Assembly: GCA_963726175.1 (NCBI GenBank)
Contig: CAVSBM010000008.1
Coordinates: forward strand, 26,153-90,152
Length of the DNA: 64,000 bases
Direction of reading: 5' to 3'
Source of the DNA: an uncultured Chloroflexia bacterium
Lineage (GTDB): Bacteria; Chloroflexota; Dehalococcoidia; GIF9; AB-539-J10
The position numbers and the translations under genes were made by a program. Within the stretch, counting starts at the first letter, position 1, and each line of letters opens with the position of its first letter. Under the pieces are notes generated by a model. The model was not told where the DNA came from and ran no database searches. It saw nothing but the letters and a program-made list of their open reading frames with translations. This document shows, one piece after another, positions 50,442 through 59,697 of this stretch.

Positions 50442-52331
50442 GTGACAACCAAAGCCTTCGCCAACAAGAAGGTGACTGCTTGCACAATTGACTTTGAGCC
50501 GGTAGGTCGCAGAGGGAGGTGTCAAAGGAACGAGTCTCTTCTGACTTGTGCTCGGCGCCTCGGTGTAGGTATCAGCAGCGTATGCGGGGGCAACGGAACA
50601 TGCCATGCATGCAGGGTGCAGGTCCTAAGTGGCACCGTCTCCAAACCAACACCTAACGAAGAAGAGACATTTGATTCACAAGAACTGAAAGAGGGGTGGC
50701 GGCTTGCCTGTCAGACTTATCCCGCGAGCGATGTGAAGTTGGTGATCCCAGCTGAGTCCATGACCACCCCACAGCGACTTCAGGTGGAGGGACTGGAGGT
50801 GAGAGTCTCCCCCGAGCCATCAGTTCGAGTCTACCGCCTGCAGCTATCTGCTCCCTCACTGGAGGACCCCCAAGCTGATGCCGACCGCCTGCTTAAGACA
50901 CTGAGCCAGCAGCACAAGCTGCGATGCGCCAAGATTGACATTGGTGCCCTGCGCACGATCTCCGGCCAACTGCGGTCGTGGAAGTGGAGAAGTCAGGCTG
51001 TAGTCCGTAATGGCGAGGTGATAGCCATTCTCCCCTCAAAAAGCCGCCGGCTGGGGCTGGCCATAGACCTGGGCACCACCAAGATTGCTGGCTACCTGGT
51101 TGACCTCACTGATGGCCGGACTTTGGCCGCCAAAGGGATAGTGAATCCTCAAATTAGCTACGGGGAAGATATCATCAGCCGTATTAACAGGGTGGTGAAG
51201 TCACCAGATGGGGGTGTACAGTTGCAGAAACTCGCGGTTGACGCCGTCAACGAGCTTTGCGCTGACCTCTGTGCTGAGGCTGGTGCCAAATCTGAACAGA
51301 TTTTGGAGGCAGTAGTCGTGGGCAATACCGCCATGCATCACCTTTTCCTTCGCCTGCCTGTAAAACAGCTTGTGCTCTCTCCTTTCGTGCCTGCCGTCAG
51401 TCGGGCATTGGAGGTCAGGGCTGGCGAATTGGGGCTGAATATTACCTCCGGGGCATACGTACACCTGCTGCCGAACATCGCCGGCTTCGTTGGTGCTGAT
51501 CATGTAGCGATGTTGCTGGCCACAGATGCCTGGCAGGCAAAAGAAACAACGGTGGCTCTGGACATCGGGACTAACACCGAGGTCTCTTTAATCTACAAGG
51601 GGAAGATAGCCACTACCTCCTGTGCCTCCGGACCTGCCTTCGAGGGTGGCCATATCAAGTACGGCATGCGGGCAGCCACAGGAGCTATTGAACGCCTGCG
51701 GCTTATCGACGATGTGATCCAGTATCAGACAATCGATGAGGCGCCGCCGGTTGGCATCTGCGGCTCTGGCATACTTGATGCACTGGCTCAGCTTTATCTG
51801 GCTAAAGTCATAGATGAAAGCGGCAGAATGATGAACAACCACCCGCGTATTCGCAATTACAAAGGACAGCACGAGTTTATATTGGTTAACAAGGAGGAGC
51901 GGAATGGGAAGCCAGCTATCACCATCACCCAGCATGACATAAGGGAATTGCAGCTGGCTAAGGCAGCCATTCGCACCGGCATCCAGGTGCTTCTGGAAAC
52001 GAGCGGCTGCGCTGAAGACGATATCAAGCAGGTGATAATTGCCGGAGCCTTTGGCACCTACATCGATATATCCAGTGCCGTGGCAATCGGCATGTTGCCG
52101 CCACTGCCTCTGAAACACTTCCGGCAGGTGGGCAATGCCGCCGGCATGGGAGCCAAGCTGGCACTGATTTCCCTTAGATCGCGGGCCCAGGCAGAGGCTA
52201 TCGCCTCCAGAGTTAGTTATATTGAACTAGCCAGCAGCCCTAACTTTCAGCCAACATTTATGCAGGCAACTTATCTGGGAAGATATCGCATTGTAGACGG
52301 CAGAAGGGAGAAATTGACTTATGCAGACTAG
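50442..52331 (+). CDS. reductive activator of corrinoid proteins (RACo; 2Fe-2S ferredoxin + ASKHA ATPase, DUF4445)
   Basis: 629 aa with a GTG start. The N-terminal plant-type ferredoxin carries CGGNGTCHACRV. The ASKHA part has LAIDLGTTKIAG, ALDIGTNTE and GICGSGILD. Confidence 0.8.
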   Translation: MTTKAFANKKVTACTIDFEPVGRRGRCQRNESLLTCARRLGVGISSVCGGNGTCHACRVQVLSGTVSKPTPNEEETFDSQELKEGWRLACQTYPASDVKLVIPAESMTTPQRLQVEGLEVRVSPEPSVRVYRLQLSAPSLEDPQADADRLLKTLSQQHKLRCAKIDIGALRTISGQLRSWKWRSQAVVRNGEVIAILPSKSRRLGLAIDLGTTKIAGYLVDLTDGRTLAAKGIVNPQISYGEDIISRINRVVKSPDGGVQLQKLAVDAVNELCADLCAEAGAKSEQILEAVVVGNTAMHHLFLRLPVKQLVLSPFVPAVSRALEVRAGELGLNITSGAYVHLLPNIAGFVGADHVAMLLATDAWQAKETTVALDIGTNTEVSLIYKGKIATTSCASGPAFEGGHIKYGMRAATGAIERLRLIDDVIQYQTIDEAPPVGICGSGILDALAQLYLAKVIDESGRMMNNHPRIRNYKGQHEFILVNKEERNGKPAITITQHDIRELQLAKAAIRTGIQVLLETSGCAEDDIKQVIIAGAFGTYIDISSAVAIGMLPPLPLKHFRQVGNAAGMGAKLALISLRSRAQAEAIASRVSYIELASSPNFQPTFMQATYLGRYRIVDGRREKLTYAD

Positions 52332-53175
52332 AGTGTCAAGTCCGAAGAAAGAAGTCATCATTGGTGATGACCAGCCCACAGTGCTTATCGGCGAGCGTAT
52401 CAATCCCACAGGCAAGAGAAAGCTAGCCGAGGCTCTTAAGGCTGGCGACCTGGAGATTGTCCGCAAGGAAGCCTTGGCTCAAGTGCAAGCCGGGGCCGAT
52501 ATTATTGATGTCAACGTGGGGGCATTCGGCGTCGACGAGGTGACCCTGCTGCCCAAAGCAGTGCAGGCAGTGATGGGCACCGTAGACGTACCCCTATGCC
52601 TTGATAGCTCTAACCCCGATGCTCTCGAGGCGGCACTCAAGGTCTATAAGGGTAAGCCGCTGGTTAACTCAGTTACCGGTGAAGAGCACTCCCTGAAGCG
52701 GATTCTACCTTTAGTCAAAAGATATGGGGCTGCCGTCATCGGTCTGGTGCAGGATGATGAAGGTATTCCCAAGGATGCTGAGCGAAGGGTGCTGATTGCC
52801 CATAAGATAGTGGAAAAGGTCGAGGCAGCAGGCATACCCCGTGAGGACTTAGTCATTGATTGCCTGGCTTTCGCGGTAGGAGCTGAACCTAGCTCTGGGG
52901 TGGCAGTTATAGAAGCCATCCGGCGGATTAAGGCCGAACTGGGGGTGAACATGACAATGGGTGCCAGCAATGTATCTTTCGGCTTGCCTGACCGCGAACT
53001 GCTCAATAACGCCTTCGTCGTCATGGCTGTTGCCGCTGGTGCCACCTGCCTCATTGTGGATGTGGCTAAGGTGCGCCCAATTATTCTAGCTGCCGACATT
53101 GTGCTCGGTCGTGACAAGCGTGCCCGACGCTATATTGAAGCCTATCGGCAGCGCCCGAAGCCGGATAGACAATAA
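52321..53175 (+). CDS. methyl-tetrahydrofolate:corrinoid methyltransferase (pterin-binding, MeTr/AcsE-like)
   Basis: 284 aa with ..IGERINPTGKRKLAEAL..GADIIDVNVG.., ..NSVTGE.. and ..MGASNVSFGLP.., as in DHPS-like pterin-binding barrels. Confidence 0.8.
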   Translation: MQTRVSSPKKEVIIGDDQPTVLIGERINPTGKRKLAEALKAGDLEIVRKEALAQVQAGADIIDVNVGAFGVDEVTLLPKAVQAVMGTVDVPLCLDSSNPDALEAALKVYKGKPLVNSVTGEEHSLKRILPLVKRYGAAVIGLVQDDEGIPKDAERRVLIAHKIVEKVEAAGIPREDLVIDCLAFAVGAEPSSGVAVIEAIRRIKAELGVNMTMGASNVSFGLPDRELLNNAFVVMAVAAGATCLIVDVAKVRPIILAADIVLGRDKRARRYIEAYRQRPKPDRQ

Positions 53176-53199
53176 GAAGTAAATGACAGGGAGGTAACA

Positions 53200-55287
53200 A
53201 TGAAGAATAAAAAAATGCTCCTACCAGCCCTGCTTGCTATCGTTCTGTTCTTCAGCCTGATTCCTCCTGCTTCGGTAGCGGGAGATTCTACAATGGCACG
53301 GAACGTGGGCTCTGTTATGAGTCTAGGGCAAGCAATGCCCATGGTTGCCGCAGGCTTCACACACACGGTAGGGCTCAAGTCTGAAGGCACCGTGGTCGGT
53401 GTGGGAGCCAACTCCGACGGGCAGTGCAATGTGGGCAACTGGACGGACATCATCCAGGTCGCAGCAGGCGGCCAACACACGGTGGGGCTAAAGGCCGACG
53501 GCACCGTGGTCGCCGTGGGAAGCAACTCCGACGGGCAGTGCAATGTGGGCAACTGGACGGACATAATTCAAATCGCCGCTGGTGTCTATCACACAGTAGG
53601 GGTTAGGGCTGATGGCACTGTGGTCGCCGCGGGATGGAACGGCGGCAATCAGCTCAATGTGGGGAGTTGGACAGAGATCATCCAGGTCGCTGGAGGTTAT
53701 GGTCACACGGTAGGGCTTAAAAGCGACGGCACTGTGGTCGCCGTAGGATACAAAGGGTCTGGACAGAGCGATGTCGGCGACTGGAGAGACATCGTTCAGG
53801 TCGCTGCCAACAGCTATCACACGGTAGGGCTTAGAGCCGATGGCACAGTTGTCGCTGTGGGAGATAACTCCTCCGGGCAGTGCAATGTCGGGGAGTGGAG
53901 GGACATCACTAACGTCGCTGCAGGCTACGACCACACAGCGGGGCTCAAGGCCGACGGCACTGTGGTTGCCGTGGGAAAGAGCGACGACGGGCAATGCGAT
54001 ATCGAGGAATGGACGGACATCATCCAGGTCGCCGCAGGTGGCTGGCACACAGTCGGACTTAAGAACGATGGCACCGTGGTCGCCGCGGGAAGGAGCTACT
54101 ATGGGCAGTGCGATGTCAGCGGCTGGACGAATATCACCAAGATCGCCGGGAATGTCAAGCACACGGTGGGGCTTATGAACGATGGCACCGCGGTCGCCGT
54201 GGGATGGAATGGCTACGGGCAGTGTGATGTCGAGAGCTGGACAGACATCATCCAGTTCGCCGCAGGTTATGGTCACACGGTGGGGCTTATGAACGATGGC
54301 ACGGTGGTTGCCGTGGGAGATAACGGCTACGGGCAGTGCGATGTCGGCAACTGGACGGACATCGTCGGGGTCGCCGCAGGCTCCAGGCACACGGTGGGGC
54401 TCAAGACCGACGGCACCGTGGTCGCCGTGGGAGATAACCAGTTCGGGCAGTGCAATGTGGGCAACTGGACGGACATCGCCCAGGTCGCCGCAGGCGGTAG
54501 TCACACTGTGGGGCTTAAGGCCGACGGCACCGTGGTCGCGGCGGGGGACAACGAGTATGGCCAGTCTGCTGTGAGCGACTGGACGGGCATCACCCAGGTC
54601 GCCGCAGCGGGCTATAATACAGTCGGGTGCAAAGCCGATGGCACCGTAGTTGCCACGGGACAAGACTACTACGGGCAGTGCGATGTCGGCAGTTGGACAA
54701 ATGTCATCCAAGTCGCGGCAGGCGGCAGTCACACGGTGGGGCTTAAAGCCGACCGCACCGTGGTCACCGTGGGAAGCGATGCCGGCGGGCAGTATGCCAT
54801 CAATAGCTGGACCGACATCACCCAGGTCGCCGCAGGCGAGTTTCATACGGTGGGACGTAAGGCCGATGGCACTATGGTCGCTGCCGGCCCTGATATCGAA
54901 CTCGCCAAATGGAATCTGGGCGTTGTCGAGTATACCCTTACCGTCTCCGGCACTGCTGATGGTTCGGTAACCGCTCCTGGTGAAGGCGTGTTCACCTATA
55001 ATGCCGGGATGCTGGTGCACCTAGTCGCCAGGCCAGAGAAAGGCTACCGCCTTGTCAAGTGGGCTGGCGATGTGGACACCATCGCCAATGTCAACGCCGC
55101 CACAACCGTCATTGCCATGCACGGCGACTACGCTGTAACTGCCAACTTTGGGCTCAACTGGCCGTTAATCGCTGGGGTTATAGGGGCAGTGGTAGCTGCG
55201 GGACTGGCGATCTTTTTCTTACGTAGAAGGAGAGCCACCCGGACAGAGAGGCAAGGCCGAAGAAGAGCCGCCCGGAAAAAACGCTGA
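53200..55287 (+). CDS. secreted, membrane-anchored RCC1-like repeat protein (14 x 38-aa units) with B-repeat-like domain
   Basis: 695 aa with an N-terminal signal peptide. It has 14 units of ..HTVGLKADGTVVAVG.N..GQC.VG.WTDI.QVAAG.. (114-nt period, some stretches identical at DNA level). These are followed by a YTLTVSGTADGSV...GDYAVTANFG domain, a TM helix and a basic tail (RRRRATRTERQGRRRAARKKR). Confidence 0.8.
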   Translation: MKNKKMLLPALLAIVLFFSLIPPASVAGDSTMARNVGSVMSLGQAMPMVAAGFTHTVGLKSEGTVVGVGANSDGQCNVGNWTDIIQVAAGGQHTVGLKADGTVVAVGSNSDGQCNVGNWTDIIQIAAGVYHTVGVRADGTVVAAGWNGGNQLNVGSWTEIIQVAGGYGHTVGLKSDGTVVAVGYKGSGQSDVGDWRDIVQVAANSYHTVGLRADGTVVAVGDNSSGQCNVGEWRDITNVAAGYDHTAGLKADGTVVAVGKSDDGQCDIEEWTDIIQVAAGGWHTVGLKNDGTVVAAGRSYYGQCDVSGWTNITKIAGNVKHTVGLMNDGTAVAVGWNGYGQCDVESWTDIIQFAAGYGHTVGLMNDGTVVAVGDNGYGQCDVGNWTDIVGVAAGSRHTVGLKTDGTVVAVGDNQFGQCNVGNWTDIAQVAAGGSHTVGLKADGTVVAAGDNEYGQSAVSDWTGITQVAAAGYNTVGCKADGTVVATGQDYYGQCDVGSWTNVIQVAAGGSHTVGLKADRTVVTVGSDAGGQYAINSWTDITQVAAGEFHTVGRKADGTMVAAGPDIELAKWNLGVVEYTLTVSGTADGSVTAPGEGVFTYNAGMLVHLVARPEKGYRLVKWAGDVDTIANVNAATTVIAMHGDYAVTANFGLNWPLIAGVIGAVVAAGLAIFFLRRRRATRTERQGRRRAARKKR

Positions 55288-55534
55288 ATTGAGCTTTCAG
55301 CCAAGGCATTCTTGCCACAGAACATGCTATGGAGTCAGCCAAGAGTTGACGGTTACTGCCTGGCGATGATACCATTGAGAGAGGTCATCTCTGGTCGTGA
55401 AATCATCCAGATGGGAGGCAATAGAGATAAGAGATGAACTGAAGGCTCAAACGAGAATCTGACTGTCTTTAACTATCACATCGGTCCTATGTAACTGCAG
55501 GAAATTCTGAAAAAGGAGGTGCAACATCGGCGAT

Positions 55535-56290
55535 TTGTTTGATTTGACAGGCAAGGTTGCTGTAGTGGTTGGTGGTGCTGGCGGCATCGGTCGTGCACAA
55601 GCTCTGGCGCTCGCGGATGCTGGTGCTGACGTCATCGTGGCTAGCCGTAAACTTGAACATCTCGAGCCGGTAGCCAAAGAGATACAAGCTCGGGGTAGAA
55701 AGTCACTGGCTGTTCCTGTCGAGGTTACTGAAGAGAAATCAGTAGCGGCTATGGTCGATAGTGTCGTGAAGAAATTCCCACACATTGATATTCTGGTAAA
55801 CGCTCATGGTCTGGCGATTCGCAAGCCTGCCGATGCCTTTCCCATTGATGAGTGGCAGAAGGTTATGGATATTAACACCCGCGGCACCTTCCTCACCTGC
55901 CAGGCGGTTGGGCGGGTGATGATCAAGCAGCGCAGTGGTAAGATCATAAACCTATCGTCGGTGAGAGGCAGATACGGCCTCCCAGCAGACTACGCGGCCT
56001 ATTGTGCCAGTAAAGGGGCTGTAGATAGCCTGACACGAACGCTGGCCTGCGAGTGGGCCAAGTACAACGTACTGGTGAACGCACTCGCGCCCACTATGGT
56101 GGAGACCGAACTTACCCGTACTGCCTTGGCCAACCCTCAGTTTGCCCAGCAGATGAAGTCCCGTATTCCGCTCGGCCGTTGGGCAATGCCGGAGGATATT
56201 GTGGGGGCTACCATATTCTTTGCCTCAAAAGCGTCAGACTTCATCACCGGGCAAATCCTGTACATCGACGGTGGCGTGACTACCTGGTAG
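55535..56290 (+). CDS. SDR-family oxidoreductase (candidate phloroglucinol reductase)
   Basis: 251 aa with VAVVVGGAGGIGRA and a catalytic YCASK. It is the first gene of a five-gene co-directional operon. The start codon is uncertain (TTG 55535, or ATC 55526 closer to the AGGAGG). Confidence 0.8.
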   Translation: MFDLTGKVAVVVGGAGGIGRAQALALADAGADVIVASRKLEHLEPVAKEIQARGRKSLAVPVEVTEEKSVAAMVDSVVKKFPHIDILVNAHGLAIRKPADAFPIDEWQKVMDINTRGTFLTCQAVGRVMIKQRSGKIINLSSVRGRYGLPADYAAYCASKGAVDSLTRTLACEWAKYNVLVNALAPTMVETELTRTALANPQFAQQMKSRIPLGRWAMPEDIVGATIFFASKASDFITGQILYIDGGVTTW

Positions 56291-56335
56291 TAGAATACTT
56301 TACAGCTAGAATCTAATTTTAGGGAGGTACATATT

Positions 56336-57277
56336 ATGGGTAAAAAAGTATTTGTTTCTCTGTCGCATCCCTTCGGTGCGGAAATTCCCCGCTGGCCTTA
56401 TTTTGACAAGCCGATAATCGATAATACGCACACCATGGCAAAAGGCGGCGTTCTGACGCAGAAGATCACCTGCACTATGCACACCGGTACGCATTGCGAT
56501 GCTCCCCGTCACGTTATGGAAATCGAGTTCGACGGCAAAAGAGCCCGTTACACGCACGAAATGCCTATTGATGCCTACACTGGCGATGCCGTTTGCCTTC
56601 CCATCGAGATCGAGCGCTGGGGACTGATCCTCCCGAAGCATCTTGAGGCTGCCTGCGAAAAAGTGGGTATCAAGCCGAGCGAACTGAAAGGCATGGTCGT
56701 TTGCCTGAATAGTGGCATGCATCGCAAGTTTGACGACTCCAAGGAGTACTATCATTATTCCTGCGGTACCGGCGTCGAAGCCGGCAGATGGTTTTTAAAG
56801 CACAAGGTAAAGTGCGTTGCTCAGGATATGCAGGCGTCGGACCATCCTCTCCACACCGCTATGGGCAACAACGGCATGACCCGTATGAACCTCCTCGGCG
56901 CTTCCGGCAAGCCTATCACCGAAGAGTACATTGAGCAGTTCGGTGAAGAAGCCTATGCCGAATTTGATAAGTTTACCTACATCAAAGTGCATGGCAAAGA
57001 AGCTTATGACAAGAAGTTCGGCGACCTGGAAGCCATCGGCTGCTGGGGCACCTGGGAGCCCTGCCATAAGATACTGCTGGGTCACGGCATAGTCGGCATT
57101 GAAAACCTTGGCGGAGATCTGGATAAGGTTTCCGGTAAGCGCTTCAGGTTCTACTGCTTCCCGATCCGCTGGTACATGGGCGATGGCTCCATGGCTCACT
57201 GCGTTGCAGAAATCGACGAAGACGATCTGAATGATGTGCCCGATAGGACCTACACCTACGCCGGCGTCCTCGCTTAA
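56336..57277 (+). CDS. cyclase-family metal hydrolase (kynurenine formamidase/isatin hydrolase-like; candidate dihydrophloroglucinol cyclohydrolase)
   Basis: 313 aa with the HxGTHxDxPxH motif present as MHTGTHCDAPRH. Confidence 0.7.
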   Translation: MGKKVFVSLSHPFGAEIPRWPYFDKPIIDNTHTMAKGGVLTQKITCTMHTGTHCDAPRHVMEIEFDGKRARYTHEMPIDAYTGDAVCLPIEIERWGLILPKHLEAACEKVGIKPSELKGMVVCLNSGMHRKFDDSKEYYHYSCGTGVEAGRWFLKHKVKCVAQDMQASDHPLHTAMGNNGMTRMNLLGASGKPITEEYIEQFGEEAYAEFDKFTYIKVHGKEAYDKKFGDLEAIGCWGTWEPCHKILLGHGIVGIENLGGDLDKVSGKRFRFYCFPIRWYMGDGSMAHCVAEIDEDDLNDVPDRTYTYAGVLA

Positions 57278-57329
57278 GTATATAGCTGTTTGTTTACCCC
57301 GATAATTCAAAACTAAATATGGAGGAGAT

Positions 57330-57662
57330 ATGAAAAAGATTAATCTAGCTCAGGTCAAGCCCTATGAGGCTGCCGGTCATTTCAAGATGGTTGCGCTCAG
57401 GTTAAGTGGCAAAGAGGAGACCGGAGCTGAGAAGTTCTGGGTAGGCATGTCCCATTTCCTTCCCGGTGGTGGGGCGGAATTCGGGGCCACGCCAGCGGAG
57501 AAATACTATTTCGTTCTGGACGGAGAAATCACCGTTAAGACCAAGAAGGAAGAGATTACCCTCGGGCGATGGGACTCAGTCTACATCGGTCCCAACGAAG
57601 GTAGAGAAATCATCAACAAGAGCAATAAACCCGTGAGTATGCTGGTGGTCATTAACTATTAA
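57330..57662 (+). CDS. cupin-domain protein
   Basis: 110 aa with a small beta-barrel pattern (..YYFVLDGEITV......GRWDSVYIGPNEG..). Confidence 0.55.
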   Translation: MKKINLAQVKPYEAAGHFKMVALRLSGKEETGAEKFWVGMSHFLPGGGAEFGATPAEKYYFVLDGEITVKTKKEEITLGRWDSVYIGPNEGREIINKSNKPVSMLVVINY

Positions 57663-57723
57663 TAGTCTTCTCTGTTGCGAGCAATTGTCACGATTCCTGC
57701 CTGAGTAGGAAAGAGGGCAGCTT

Positions 57724-58671
57724 ATGAAAGCAGAAGAAATTAATCACGTTGGCCTGCTGGGAGCCGGCATGGTGGGGCATGGACTGGCACTGCATTTTGC
57801 GAAGGCAGGTTATCGGGTATCTTTATACTCCCGGACTCAGCAAACGCTGGACAAAGCCGTTGAAAATATTAAGTCAAATCTCCACGTCCTACTGCAAGGA
57901 CAAGCTAGCGTAGAGGATGAAGTAAAGAAGATCATAAGCAGGATAAAAACAACAAGAAACATAGACGAAGCAGTGGCGAAGGCCCCAATTATTATCGAAT
58001 CAGTGGCTGAAGACCTAAAGGTCAAACAAGATCTATTTAAGGAACTAGATCAGATCTGCCCCAGGGATGTTATTCTGGCCACAAATACATCGGTAATCAG
58101 CATAACCGCGATAGCATCTAAAGCCAAGAACCGGGATAGAATCATTGGAACACACTTCTGGTTTCCGCCATACCTTATCCCTCTGGTTGAGGTGGTAAAG
58201 GGAAAGGACACCTCTAGTGACACAATGGAAACAACCTATCAATTCATGAAAAAGGCTGGGAAACACCCCATCAAATGCTTGAAGGACGTCCCAGGATTCG
58301 TCGCTAACCGTCTCCAGCACGCCCTGTGGCGGGAAGCCATCTCAATCGTAGAAAAAGGGATTGCCGATCCAGCTACTGTCGACGATGCTATCAAGCAGAG
58401 TTTTGGCATCCGGATTCCGGTTCTGGGGCCAATTGAGAATGCCGATATGGTGGGGCTAGATTTGATTCTGGCCATCCACAATACAGTTTTGCAGGATTTG
58501 GAGGCTTCTCCCAACCCCTCACCGCTCTTGAAGGACAAGGTAAGTAAAGGTGAGCTTGGGTTCAAATCTGGAAAAGGCTTCTATGACAGCTGGACACCAG
58601 AAAGGATGAAGCGCACTAGAGAAAGGCTTATGAAGCATCTCATTGATTACTCCCGCAAGCAACAAACTTGA
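57724..58671 (+). CDS. 3-hydroxyacyl-CoA dehydrogenase-family NAD(P) oxidoreductase (candidate 3-hydroxy-5-oxohexanoate dehydrogenase)
   Basis: 315 aa with a Rossmann N-terminus (VGLLGAGMVGHGLA) and 3HCDH N- and C-domain-like regions. Confidence 0.75.
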   Translation: MKAEEINHVGLLGAGMVGHGLALHFAKAGYRVSLYSRTQQTLDKAVENIKSNLHVLLQGQASVEDEVKKIISRIKTTRNIDEAVAKAPIIIESVAEDLKVKQDLFKELDQICPRDVILATNTSVISITAIASKAKNRDRIIGTHFWFPPYLIPLVEVVKGKDTSSDTMETTYQFMKKAGKHPIKCLKDVPGFVANRLQHALWREAISIVEKGIADPATVDDAIKQSFGIRIPVLGPIENADMVGLDLILAIHNTVLQDLEASPNPSPLLKDKVSKGELGFKSGKGFYDSWTPERMKRTRERLMKHLIDYSRKQQT

Positions 58672-58710
58672 GACACTGTGTGATATCGATAACCGGCAAC
58701 GCAAGGAGGA

Positions 58711-59655
58711 ATGCACGAGATGGAAAAACTAATCATAACCGCGGCTCTAACCGGCAATATCACCCTGCCGACTCAGACACCTTATCTACCGCTTACACCA
58801 CAACAAATCGCCGATGAGGCGGTAAGGTGTGCCAATGCCGGTGCAGCTTCGGTACACATCCATGGCCGGGACCCCCAGACCGGCAAGCCGACTACTGACC
58901 CAGCGGTCTACCGGGAGATTGCCACTCTCATCAAGGCAAGAAGCAACGTCATTGTCTGCGTGACCACCGGCGGCACCATGGAAATGACCGCGGCGGAAAG
59001 GATAAGGGTTGTCCCGGCTCTTAAGCCAGAGCTGGCTACGTTTAACATGGGATCGATTAACTTCTCAATCCACCCCATAGCCGAGCGATATAAGGACTCG
59101 GACTACAAGTATCCCTGGGAGAAGGATTTTGCCGCCGGAACCATAAATTTCATCTTCCGTAATACCTTTGGTGATATCGAGCACTTCTGTAAGACCATGA
59201 CTGAGAATAATACAAAACCCGAACACGAAGCATATGACGTAGGGCACCTGTACAATATACAGTATTGTATTAGGAGAAAGCTTGTGCAATTCCCCATCTG
59301 GGTTCAATTCGTGACTGGAATTTTGGGAGCGATCGGCGCTGATCTGGAGAATATCATGTTCATGAAACAGACAGCTGACCGATTGTTCGGGCCGGAAAAC
59401 TACAAGTGGTCGGTAATTGGTGCGGGCTATCCCGCGGAGTTCAACCTGGCGACGCTGGCGATAATGATGGGTGGGCATGTTCGCGTTGGCTTTGAAGACA
59501 ATATTTTTGTGCGCAAAGGAGTATTGGCCAAGAGCAACGCTGAACTGGTAGAGAAGGCAGTCAGAATCGCCCGGGAGCTAGAACGGGAAATAGCTACGCC
59601 GGACGAAGCAAGAGCGATCCTTGGCCTGAAAGGGAAGGACAAGGTCAGCTATTAG
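58711..59655 (+). CDS. beta-keto acid cleavage enzyme (BKACE/DUF849) family protein (candidate triacetate acetoacetate-lyase)
   Basis: 314 aa. ..LIITAALTGN......ASVHIHGRD.. is the typical BKACE N-terminus. The start may be ATG 58720. Confidence 0.75.
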   Translation: MHEMEKLIITAALTGNITLPTQTPYLPLTPQQIADEAVRCANAGAASVHIHGRDPQTGKPTTDPAVYREIATLIKARSNVIVCVTTGGTMEMTAAERIRVVPALKPELATFNMGSINFSIHPIAERYKDSDYKYPWEKDFAAGTINFIFRNTFGDIEHFCKTMTENNTKPEHEAYDVGHLYNIQYCIRRKLVQFPIWVQFVTGILGAIGADLENIMFMKQTADRLFGPENYKWSVIGAGYPAEFNLATLAIMMGGHVRVGFEDNIFVRKGVLAKSNAELVEKAVRIARELEREIATPDEARAILGLKGKDKVSY

Positions 59656-59697
59656 AAGGACTGGGCATAATACCCGACAGAAGAATCTCTTCGATTT

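Noticed and set aside
53300-54900. A regular 114-nt periodicity that could superficially suggest a CRISPR-like or satellite array.
   Set aside because: The period is in-frame coding repeats of one long ORF. There is no alternation of unique spacers with short identical repeats.
53488-55020. A 510-aa ORF on the minus strand, the third-longest in this region.
   Set aside because: It lies exactly antisense to the RCC1-like repeat gene. Its periodic, low-complexity G/D/H/P-rich sequence mirrors the sense repeats, and it has no independent start context.
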